This document shows positions 46,101 to 56,930 of a DNA stretch of 64,000 nt, one piece after another; the first letter of the stretch is position 1; each line of letters begins with the position of its first letter. Both the position numbers and the translations under genes were made by a program. Source of the stretch: Gekko japonicus (taxonomy: Eukaryota); assembly GCF_001447785.1 (NCBI RefSeq), contig NW_015168654.1:2120031-2184030 (forward strand), given 5' to 3'. The notes below the pieces were generated by a model. It did no database searches. It saw only the letters and a program-made list of their open reading frames with translations, and was not told the DNA's origin.

Positions 46101-48044
46101 CTCCTCTGGAGGCAGGTTTTTATTGCGTTTGTAGAAGTGATCTCCTGTAAGAGGGAAGCATGGGAGAGATGCGTCGGAGGGGCTCCCTGCCCTTGAAAGC
46201 ACTTCTCTGGGGGCGGGCTGCGCCACACAGATGAAGACAGACACAGCATCAAGGCACCCCTGCCTCACCCCTAATGAACCTGACGCATCAGATATATTGT
46301 CGAGCATTTCCATATGGCACAACCAAACACCAAACAGAACAGCAGAAATTCACTGTCGTAGTGGCCACCGGCTTACATGCTTCAAAAGGGGTGTGTGACA
46401 ATCTCAGTTTTAGCAATAATGATCACATGGAGTCCTGAGTGAGAGGGGGAGGGCTTTCTCACAAGGCCAACTTGTTCCTTTGAATGCCAGCTGCTGGGCG
46501 GGGGAGTGGACACACAGCAAGGGAAGGCTGTGTCCTTCATGGCCTGCTTCTGGGCCGGATCCAGACTAAATTTCCCATTAACGGACGGGTTGGTCATCGT
46601 TCCACCGGTTTTTCATCCTATTGCAGACCCCAAATATGCCCCCTCTTGCCATTCCTGAGGGTCCGCTATCCCCCCAAAGAGCAGCAGTTCAGGGAGGACA
46701 GTGGGCTGTAGCAAGACACTTCTGTTCCGCGAATGGAAGTGCCACCCGTGAGTGGAAAGTCAGTCTGGATCAGACCACCTGTGCTTTCAGCTTCACTAAC
46801 CGCAGCTGGAAACAGAGTTCTGGCCTCAATAAACTTCAGTCTGCTCGGAAAGGCCTTCCCTCCCACCCCACCCCCAGTTCCCCCTTGACACCGCATCTTC
46901 TCGCCCCACTAACGTGCTGCCCCTTGCACAGTCCCAGGTCAGGACAGGATGGATGGAAGGATGACTGGCTGGCTGGCTGGCAGCTGGAGGGCTGCATGAG
47001 AGAAACGAAGGCCACGGTTAGAGACGGGAGTGCAGGCTACTGCAGCCCTGGAGCCTCAGCACACTCACCGATGGCCCGGGAGAGGTTGAGGCCGCCGTTG
47101 ACCCGGCCGTCCATGGTCACTTTCCCACCGGCGTTCTTTATTCTGGCCAGCTCAACCTCGTCTTCGGGCTTGTGGTCGTAGGACATGTCAACCGCCTTGC
47201 CGGCTTCCGACACCACGCAGCGAGAGTCCCCGGCGTTGGCCACGATGAGCTGTTTGCCCCGGATGAGGGCGACCACCGCTGTTGTGCCACTTTCTGAGCC
47301 GGGCTGGAGACCAAGAAGAACATTAGATGCTTCCCGCATACCAGAGGGGAGGCTGGCGGAAAGGATGCTTCCGAGGGCAGGGCCACGAGCAGACAGCTGT
47401 CCCAACCCCCGCCCTGTGCTCCCATCTGCCCTGTTTGCCAAGCCGCACTTCACCTTGAGCCAGCCAGGCAGAGCTGCCTCGGCTGAGATCGTAGCTTCTC
47501 TCGGCAACTAGGACAGAATCCCCCACCCCCCCAGCTCCAGGACTGACCTTCTCCTTTCCCTCCATGCCTGCAAGCATCATGTCCTCATCTTCATCCTCTT
47601 CCGCTTCTTCTGTGTCATCCTCGTCCTCCTCAATGTCTCCTTCCTCGCTGCTGTAGCCATCTTCATCCTCCTCAATGTGTCCTTCCTCGCTGCTGTAGCC
47701 ATCTTCATCCTCACTGCATTCCTAGCAGAGACAAGAACACCCCAGTCCCCCCCCACCCCCAAAAACAATCAGACTGGCCGGAAACAATGGCAGGTCCTGA
47801 GTGAGATGGGGAGGGCTTTCTCACAAGGCCAATCGGGTCTCCTCCAGCCTAGAAAACAGCCAGGCCAAGTGGAGGGCAACAGAAAGCCCTGGAGGTAGTG
47901 AGATGGCTGTTTTGGCAAGCCAACTAGAACCACCCACTTGTCCGCAAAGCGGCCGGACTACCAAAGCTCCCTTTCCCAACTCATCTATGGAAGACAGAGA
48001 TCCCTTCCCTTGACCAGCTGAAGCCAGAGGTTACCTCGCTGTCA

Positions 48045-48079
<35 letters not shown>

Positions 48080-51000
48080 CTCGCTGTCCTCGAAGAATTT
48101 GGACATGGTGGTTCGCTGGCTCTTGCTCACAGAGGAGCAGGAAGGCTCCGCCTCCCCCGCTGCAGGGGCTGTTCCCTCCGCTGCCTTTCTCGGGGGAGCG
48201 CTGGCATCCCCTCCGCCGGCTGCGTCTGGCCCAGGGGAGGTGCTGGTGGTGGTGGACTCAAGGCACAGCTTGCCGTTCTTCTCCTCCTCCTGGCGAGGCT
48301 TTGAGAGCTCCTCCGTACCCGCCTCGCCATTCACGCTGGGCTCATCCCGTGTATCCTCCGGGCCCTGCTCGCCACCTGGATGCCCCAGCTTGCCCTTGAC
48401 ACAGTTCTGGCCGTAGCGAGTGAGCAACTCCTCAATGGCCATTGTGGCCTCCTCGTGCAGCAAGGCTGCCTCCTCGTTGTCCACTGAATGGATTTTGGGG
48501 GAGGGGGGGTCGATCATCAATATCACGGCAAGCTTCTCAGCTTTTTCCCCCTGACTCAAATTTACTGAACGAATGCACCCCATACTCTATACAGCATGTG
48601 AACAACACGCTGTCCGTTCCCCTCCTCCTCCCCAAACCAGACAGATGGCCTTTCCTAAACAATGAAGAACAGGAGCTGGGGAGAACTTGCAGGCACCCAC
48701 ATTCCATGAGCTGCCTTCTGCTAGGTCCAACTAGCCCTGTATTGTCTACTAGAGGCACAGCCTCTTGCAGTTGGAAATACTGAGCATGGGGTGGGGTGGT
48801 CAAGTGTAGTCAGCATTATAAAGACACAGCTCTGGTTTTACTTGCGCATGAGAGAATGTGGGCCACTTCACTGGCATGCTCTGAATCCCAGGGGATAGAG
48901 TTGCACCCCACTTTCTGATCCTGCGCAAAAGACTCCCCTGCCCCAAGTGATACTACAGAGATATCTTTGCTTCACTCTCAGGCTGCCCACTCCTGGGCAG
49001 CAAGCTGCAGCTTTGCTCACCATCATCTTCATCAGCCACCTTCTCCTCCTTCTCCTCTCCATCGTGTTGGGGCCGCCCTGCCATCTGCGACAGCTCCTTG
49101 ACTACCTCCTCGGTTGTCAGCTTGGCATCGATGGCCAAAAAGGCATCCTCGAGGGCCTAGGGGGCAGCACAGTGGAGAGAGTCTTGCACGTAAGGGACAG
49201 CAATTCCATGAGGGGCAACACAGAACCACCGACGAGTGCAATTACAGGCGTGACTCCTTTGAGCCTGCCAAAGCAGCACAACTGACTTCTATGTGTCTCT
49301 ACACCATTAGAGACCATTTACGGACTCAGCGTTAAAGAACAGACTGTGCAGTCCAGGGGGAATGGGTGGGGGTATTCAAGCAGGTTTCTAGCCAGCGTTG
49401 AAGACAGAGTGCTAGACTGAGAGCTTTACTACTCTGATCCTACCGAGCAGTTCTCATATTTTCTTGGGAGTCTTGTTCCTGGTGTTGCAGGTACCCTCAC
49501 AGCACTATTTTGACTGATAGTGCAGAAATGCCTCAAGGGGATTGTGCACTATGCTTGACTTATACGACTCCCAGCTCAGGGAACAGGTTTGCTTTAATTT
49601 ATTTATTCAACTATTGTCAGTCTGCCTACCTCATCATTCTCAATGGCTGACGGTGGCTCACTTTTGCCACCCAAAACCAGTAGGCAAAAACATGAACTGT
49701 GCTAACGTCACACAGACAATGGCATAAGTGAAAAAGCCCCTATGTGCAAGATTAAGGCATTAGGAACAACAAACCAAAACAAGGACCAGAAGGATTCACG
49801 GCCATTAAAAAATATCAAGTTTTGCAACTCAACTAGCCCCATTCTATTTAGTTTCTACGTGAAAAGTGTTATGGCTGGAACCAGCTTGAAAACTGTCCCT
49901 TTGAAGTGAAGAAGGTGGTTGCAATTTAGAAACAAGGCGTGATGGGTGATACAGGAGCTTAAAGATCCTCCAAGCTATTTTGTGGCTCAGAATCTGGCGT
50001 AAAGCTCAACAACTGCTCCCACCCCCCAAACTCTGGCCAGGTTAATTTTATCTATTTATTTAAAACATGTATTAGCTGCCTTTCTTCTATACGAAGTTCA
50101 AAGCATCTTACAATATAGACAAAATCCATAAAGAATAATTTAAAACTGCAGTTTAGAATTGCTAGCAAATTATCAGATGTGGTCCTAAATGTAACCATCT
50201 CCGACTGCCTCACAGACTGAAAGCAAAGGGAGCCAGATACACCTCCCTGGGGAGGTTGTTCCATGATCATGGGGTACCATTTGAAAAGGCTGTCTTTAAC
50301 TGATGGGACAGTCAGGAGGATAATCTTAATTCCGAGGCACAAACAGATGGGAGAGGTCTAGGACTTATAAAAATAACAGTCTCACTGTGCAAGGCTGGAA
50401 GAATTCACTGCCTGGCTTGTTTGGCCATAATATCCAGATAATGGTAAGGAAAAGCTGCTGGAAGCAGACTGACCAGATGGCCCTTGGGAGGATACTGTTG
50501 GACAAGCTCTTCAGCCTTACCTTCTGTAACTTGCCTTCCTTGTATGCTTTCTGGTCCTTGATGATCTCAGGGAGGTACTTGGCACAGTATAGAGCAACCT
50601 CTTCTCCTGGATTTCAGGAAACAGCAGTTAGAAGCCTGCTTGCCCTAACCCCAACACACTGCCAGATGAGCAATTAATCCCACAGAGGAAGGGAAACGCC
50701 TCATCTAGATGAAGGAAAGGCAGCTAATGGTTCTACTTCTAATGGGCCTACGTACAGCTAATGGGTCTACTTCTTCAGTAGAGTGCACAAAGAATCACAT
50801 TGTGTACCCAGTTAACAGGAGATAACCAGACAGGCTGCCCAGACTAATGAAAAATGGCCAAGCCCGACAAAAATGAGAGCCAGAGTGGTGCAGTGGTTAA
50901 AGCGGCAGACAGGGATCTAGGAAATCCAGGTTCAATCCCCACTCTGCCATAGAAGCTTGGCTGGGTGGCCTTGGGACAGTCATAAGAACATAAGAGCCCT

Positions 51001-53368
51001 GCTGGATCAGATGAATGGTCCATCTAATCCAGCATCCTGCCTCACACAGTTCCTCTTCAACCAGTTCCTCTGGAGGGCCAACAACAGGGCAGAGAGGCCA
51101 AGGCCTTCCCCTGATGTTGCCTTCTATCTCTGGGATTCAGAGGCTTCGTGCCAATGTGGAGGTTCCCCTTAGTCGCCATGGCTAGTAGCCACTGATAAAC
51201 ATCCTCCATGAATCGAATTCCCTTATAAATCTGTCTATGCCTGTGGCCATCACATCCTCTAGCAGCAAATTCCACATTTTATTCACTCTCTGTGTAAAAT
51301 AGTATTTCCTTTTGTCCATCCTGAAACTACTGCCCATCAGCTTCATTGGATGCCCTTGCGTTCTAGTATTTTGGGAGAGAGAGAAAAATTTCTCTTTGCC
51401 AGCTCTCTCCACTCCATGCATAATTTGATAAACCTCTATCACATACTCTCAGCCTAACCTACGGATTGTTAAAATGGAGATGAGGTGAATGATGTAACCT
51501 GCTTTGGGTCCTTATTAGAGAGAAAGGGGGAATATAAATTCAGTAAATAAATAAAAGCCAGTGGATATGGCACCAGCATCTGTGGCTACTGAACCTAACC
51601 TTCCCTCTACAAGGGGTGGGATGGAAAAACGAAACACAGCACAAGAACACAGCAGTGCAAGATTTAGCCCAATACAAGATGACCTCACTTTGAATGGGAA
51701 AATAAGAACATAAGAGAAGCCATGTTGGATCAGGCCAATGACCCATCCAGTCCAACACTCGATGTCACACAGTAGCTGAAACCCAGATGCCATCAGGAGG
51801 AACACCAGCGGAGCCAGAACTCCAGAAGCCCTCCCACTGTTGCCCCCCAAAATGCTGTACTCTTCCCTCCTACTGCCACTACATGCTCACCAGCCCCCCC
51901 CCCATTCCTGCCGGACTTAACAGCAGAATTAAATGCAGATGGTTCCAGGTTCAATGTCCAACATTTCTAGTTAAAAGATCTCAAGCAGCTGACACTGGGG
52001 AAAGGCCTTTTTCTGCCTGAAGTCCAGAAGAGCCGCTGCCGAGCAGGGGAGAGAGATCTGGCTACAAGGACCAAGGGCCTCCCTCTGCCTTAGCCTCAGA
52101 TATGTTTATGTACATCCCCTACTTTTGGCCCCCAAGATGCTGCTGTATATGTCTAACGGCTCTTTGTACCAAGAAAGTAACATTCCACAGGATCTTTTAC
52201 CTCCATGACCGTCGTATACAGAGAACATTGCTGTCTCGCTGTCCAGGTCAGGAATGCAATTGTGTGCATCCTGAAAGAGAAAGCAAAAATCAGCAAATGG
52301 GGGGGGGGGTGTATTTGCAAGCTGCTAGCAGTATGGCAACAGAGGAAGATCCTAAAAAAGCAATCAGGGAACAACTGTTCATACATGTGGGAGCAGCTTT
52401 CCAAACAAGAATGCTTTAAAAGCCACCAGAGACCTTTTGAACAGAATAGGCAGTAACAAGAAAATAAGGCCTAAGAAATAAGAAGAACCCTGCTGGATCA
52501 GACCAATGGTCCATCTAGTCCAGCATCCTGTCTTACGCAGTGGCCGTCCAGTTCCTCTGGAGGGCCAACAACAGGGCATAGAGGCTGAGGCCTTCCCCTG
52601 ATGTTGCCTCCTGGCTCTGGGATTCAGAGGTTTAGTGCCTCTGAATGTGAAGGTTCCCCTAGCCACCACTCTCCACCTCTCATGGAACAAAGCCCTTGGG
52701 ATTCTAGGGCCACGACTACTGCCTAAGCTTCTTCTAGGTGCCTGCAAAATCGAAGGAAACCATCACTAGCCAGACTGGGGACAGGAAGTTGGGCACCAAC
52801 TACAACAGTGGAAGTGGGCCAGGCTTTTGAACAAGGTTGCTAACCTCCAGGTGGTGGCTGGAGATCTCACAGGATTACAACTAATCTCCAGGTGACAGAG
52901 ATCAGTTCCACTGGAGAAAATGGCCACTTTGGAAGGTGGACTCTGTGCCATTACACCCCATTGAAGTCCGTCCCCTCCCCAAACCCCGCCCCCCCAAATC
53001 TCCAAGTATTTGTCAGCTCGGAGCTGGCAACACTACTCGCGAAGGTTAAGCAAACTGGCAAGGAGATGGTGAAAAGCAGAAGATGCGAGCCGTAAGAGGA
53101 GGGATCCCAGTCTCAAGAACACTCTGGGATGAGTGATGGGAGAAAGATCTGGAGCGGGGACAGCCAGGTGGAGCCTTCACCCACGAAGCTCCCGCTTGGC
53201 GCTGGCCGGCCACGCCCCCTCCCCCGGCCCTTCCTTTCCTCTCCTCACCTCCATGGAGACCCGCCAGCCTTGCATGGCGCTGTAGCCGAAGTACAGCGGG
53301 CGCGGCCCCGACCCGCCACCGTTCCCCGAGCTTTTGGTTGTCCTGGGCTGCGAAAGATAGGCACCCAT
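43111..53368 (-). CDS. PPM1G: Protein phosphatase 1G (PP2C-gamma), ~566 aa. Exons: 53368-53249, 52270-52201, 50606-50521, 49156-49021, 48483-48035, 47721-47548, 47303-47069, 46144-46015, 45164-45062, 43308-43111
   Basis: MGAYLSQP start, [20 protein letters not shown], internal acidic region, [52 protein letters not shown], basic C-terminus KKAKQD*. GT-AG introns in frame. Confidence 0.97.
43414..43738. mobile_element. hAT-type MITE, 8-bp TSD GTCTC(T/C)GC
   Basis: TIR TAGGGTTGCCA / TGGCAACCCTA. Confidence 0.82.
44572..44777. mobile_element. hAT-type MITE, 8-bp TSD CCCCACAC
   Basis: Same family as 12768-12973; perfect TSD. Confidence 0.9.
45447..45807. mobile_element. hAT-type MITE, 8-bp TSD CTTATACT, nested in a tRNA SINE; internal 33-bp tandem duplication (~45538-45606)
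   Basis: Ends CAGGGCTATTTTTG / CAAAAAAAGCCCTT; TSD on both sides; SINE sequence resumes after the element. Confidence 0.82.
50878..51555. mobile_element. CORE SINE (+) interrupted by a CR1 3' fragment (-, ~50981-51440)
   Basis: SINE head at 50878-50980; CR1 [22 protein letters not shown]; SINE body CTCTCAGCCTAACCTAC resumes at ~51441. Confidence 0.8.
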
Positions 53369-54120
53369 GGCCGGCCGAACGGAAGGACCAGGCCCCGCCA
53401 AGCGGGACGAGGGGAAAGGAGGGAGGGAGGAAAGGAGCGCACGGCGGCGGCAAAAGCGGACCGAGCGAGAGAAGGAGGGAGACCGGGAGACGGAACCGGA
53501 ACCAAGCACCATAGAGTCCCCGCCGGGAGGAATGAGGGGGACCGGAAGCCGAGGCTAGCGAGCCGCAGGCGGAAAAGGAATAGCTAGAACTAGGAAACAA
53601 AGATCCTGTCCATGGAGACACATGTGGCCTGTAGGCGGCTGAGCGATTACCTAGTCCTAGGAAAAAGTGTGAGTCCCGCGGCACCTTTAAGACCAACAGA
53701 GTTTTATTCAAGGTATAAGCTTTCATGTGCACGCACACCTCTTCAGAAGTGGCGATTCTAAAGGGGGAGATGAGACAAGCCTCTAAATAAACTCAGCAAC
53801 GAAAAGATAACCAGAAAGCTTATACCCAGAACTAAACTTTGTTGGTCTTAAAGGTGCCAGTGCCCTCAAACTTGGTTCTGCTGCTTCAGACCAACACGGC
53901 TACCCACCTGAGTCTAGTCCTAGAAAGGATGACCGGAAATGGATAGTTGCAAAAAGGCCAGGAAGCGGTGAGAGGATTAGGCATGACGAACCATAGAGCC
54001 TCAGCGAGGGAGTGGCGGGCTTGCGCGCGAGCCAGCTTGACGTTGGTTGCCAGGCAACGGTGGAAGGCCTCGAAGTGGCCTCAAGGCGAATGTAAACTGC
54101 CTGCCGGCTTCTGGGGAGGG
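53150..54120. promoter_or_regulatory. PPM1G CpG promoter with ETS motifs and RFX X-box GTTGCCAGGCAAC (54046-54058), interrupted by a Penelope insertion
   Basis: CpG-rich first exon, CCGGAA motifs at ~53542 and ~53933, palindromic X-box. Confidence 0.65.
53661..53913. mobile_element. Penelope-like insertion in the PPM1G promoter, flanked by 10-bp direct repeat CTAGTCCTAG
   Basis: Inverted GGCACCTTTAAGACCAAC / GTTGGTCTTAAAGGTGCC arms; direct repeats at 53651-53660 and 53914-53923. Confidence 0.7.
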
Positions 54121-54139
54121 GAGGGAATTCAGCGTGGGC

Positions 54140-54455
54140 AGGGAACTCTACCAGTTCCCAGAGACATTGTTCCCGCTACTCGGCCTAGTTATAGAGGAGG
54201 TGCTGAAATAGTAATGACCTATGATGTCCTGCCAACCTAGCAGTTCGAAAGCAAGAAATTGCAAGTAGATAAATAGGTACTGCTTCAGTGTGAAGGTAAC
54301 AGCGTTCCATGGCCTCAGAGTTTAGTCATGCCGGCCACATGACTACGGAAACGTCTTTGGACAGCGCTGGCTCTTCGGCTTGGAAACGGAGATGAGCACC
54401 ACCCCCTATATTCGGATTCGACTGGCTTTTGAGCAAGGGAAACCTTTACCTTTAT
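54140..54455 (+). mobile_element. Sauria-like SINE (Squam1) fragment
   Basis: GCAAGTAGATAAATAGGTAC, GGCCACATGAC, GAGATGAGCACC and (ACCTTT)n tail, as recalled for Sauria SINE. Confidence 0.75.
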
Positions 54456-54477
54456 GATGTACGAGAAACAAATATAG

Positions 54478-54672
54478 ACCCTGGTGGTCAGCCGTGTTGG
54501 TCTAAAGCAGTAGAACACATTTAGAGTCCAGTGGCACTTTTAAGACGACAAAGTTTAGTCAATGTATGAGCTTTCATGCACATGAAATGTATTTGAAAAA
54601 GTATGTGTGCTCAGGAAAGCTCATTTGTTGAATAAAGCTTTGTTGGTCTTAAAGGTGCCACTGGACTCTACA
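54478..54672. mobile_element. Penelope-like terminal fragment with inverted arms
   Basis: GAGTCCAGTGGCAC..TTAAGAC / GTCTTAAAGGTGCCACTGGACTC. Confidence 0.65.
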
Positions 54673-55899
54673 TTTGAGAAACAAATATATTATTTCTGTC
54701 CTCGTTCGTAAGCTTCCTTTAGATCAAGTCTGGAAATCTCTGCGCAGTGCTTTAGTTGGACTTTCTTCTGAATAAATGTACCTAGGTCTAGATTGTAGGA
54801 ATCGCAACATTATACCAGAATGCCTTTTACTAAGAAGAATGTGTTAGCAGGCCGTAACTGATAGCAGCCCCAACCATATGGCATTCAAGGCAAAAGAGGA
54901 GCAGAGGTGGTTTGCCATTGCCTTCCTCTGAATAACAAATCCATCCACGTTTTTCCTCGCCCTCTTTTGTTTTGGCTTAGCATCAAGCATGTTTTGCTGC
55001 GCTCAAAAGATTGCGACTTGTTAGTTGGTCATAAGGAAGGTATTATGTATTGGATTTATCTAACAGACCAACATAGTTATTTGTGTGTAATTTCTAGAGA
55101 AGTGCTAGGAGTTCCCACCTCACTTAATTGGCAGTGTGTTCACCAGGAGTGGAACCAAGCATTAAATGTAGTCCTGTGATTATTTTTTTCTCTTCCAGAT
55201 GCAGTTTGCTGAGCCTGCTTCCTCATGGAAAAGATCAGCACAGCAGAAATGGGTCTCCTCCAGCTTTTCCTCCTGAACTGGGGGAAAAGATGCATTCTTG
55301 TGTTGTCTCAGATCAGGTGCACACTACAGTTTAGTAACCTTGCCAGAACTTCCATATATTTCAATGTACTTCACAAATTTATTTGCGGCATGATATTTGG
55401 GGATATGGGAGGCATAACAGAGGACTGCACACATGCATTCGATCCCATTACTGCAACAAAATTACCTCTATTTTGGTAAATGTGATCCCACAGAAAAAGC
55501 CAGCCTTTGTCAGCACATAAATAAATACAGTACAGCAGGCAGTAAAGTTTAATTTTCCCTTCTGCGAAGGAAACCACCATGTGTTCTGGAAATGATGATC
55601 AGTGTCAGGGCGTCTGATTCCATTGTGTTTTGCCTGACTATGGTCACTCCCGACAGATAACCTGCGTCGAGCAGGCTTCAACCTCTGGTGCTACAAGGTC
55701 TGGCCTCAGCAGGGCAGACTGGGGGAGGTAGCGGCGACAGCCCCCCCCCCCCGGAAATATTTAACTTTCAGAACTTTTCCATCTTCGCTCAACGCAACAG
55801 GGAGCTCAGCAAAGCTCTGACAGTGGCCGGAGTGATTTTGCCCTCCAGTCGGCGCTCAAGCGGGCACTAGCTGAGAGCGGTGCTTTTTCCTTTCTACCC

Positions 55900-56800
55900 A
55901 CCCTCCATCGATAATGCTTATCAGGCTTACGCAGGCGCAAGTCCATTATTTTCTCGTGTTGGAAGCTCCCTGAGGGCGGGAACTTTATTCAAACGAAGAG
56001 CACCAGGAATAAGGCGGCTCTCGTTTGAAAACCATCACGGCACGAGCCAAGATCCACTAACCCGGCTACATCACGCAAATCTCCCATCCGGGGACCAACA
56101 CGCAGCTCCACCCGGACCTACCCAGCGCAAGCGCAGCCCCGTCGGTTACAGGCATAGCCTTTGCCATGGTCTGCGCACGCGCACTTCTCCCTTTCGCTCG
56201 GTAACTCGACAGACTGACAGGTATTAGCGACAGGGCTGGTTTCCTCGAGCCCTCTGTCCAATCTGAAGCTAGTCCCGGCGCCCAAGGCGCGCTCTCATTG
56301 GTTTACGCGGAGCCCCACCCCCTTGCCGTCCAGTCGCCGCCGTCCGCAGCGGGTTAGGCTGCGCGGCTTGGAGGCTGCCACTTGCCTTCGGGCTCTCGTC
56401 GGCGGAGACGGGCCTGTGCCCGGTAAGTCTCCTTGACCCTTTCCCGTCAGCCTGGGGGATGGTAGCTGGGTAGGCCGCGCGTGGCCTCGGGGGGGGGGGA
56501 AGTTCGTGGGGTCCCTGCCCCGCCCCCTCCCGCGTTTCCATGGCGCTGGCCGTGAGCAGAGGGAGGGTGACTCTGGCTGACCCCCTACCCAAGGAGGCCA
56601 CGCCCTCTGGAAGTGGATGAGTGCGGGGTGGGCGTTGGCGGTCAGGCCTTCCCTTCTTCTCCGCAGGGGGGCTGGCTTAAGGAGGACAGCTGCTCGTGAC
56701 GCAGCCCCGGGGGGGGGGTGTCGAGAAATTGCCATGGTAACAGGCCCCTCCTTCCCCCTGTGCCTCGTGCGGGGCAAGTACTCTTAAGTCCCCCTCTCCT
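55900..56800. promoter_or_regulatory. NRBP1 CpG promoter with NRF1-like motifs (~56125, 56172-56183) and an X-box-like motif (56728-56741)
   Basis: TGCGCACGCGCA, GCGCAAGCGCA and ATTGCCATGGTAAC in CpG-rich DNA. Confidence 0.65.
56330..56422 (+). other. NRBP1: Probable non-coding first exon of NRBP1 (start approximate)
   Basis: Lies in a CpG island, ends at a strong donor CG|GTAAGT (56423), upstream of the ATG exon acceptor at 56910. Confidence 0.6.
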
Positions 56801-56930
56801 TTTCTGGTCGAGAAGGGCTCGCTCCCCCCTTTTGTCTTCCTTGGCCAGAGAGTCCCCATCAGTGCCCCGCAGCACAGTCACCCGGCATGCCCCTGACTTT
56901 CTCCCTGTAGGTTTGCGAGCCTTTCCCAAG

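Noticed and set aside
53046-53738. Long GC-rich ORFs over CpG islands (also 2631-3683, 18186-18663, 56269-57358)
   Set aside because: Expected from stop-poor GC-rich DNA; only the exon-matching parts resemble known proteins.
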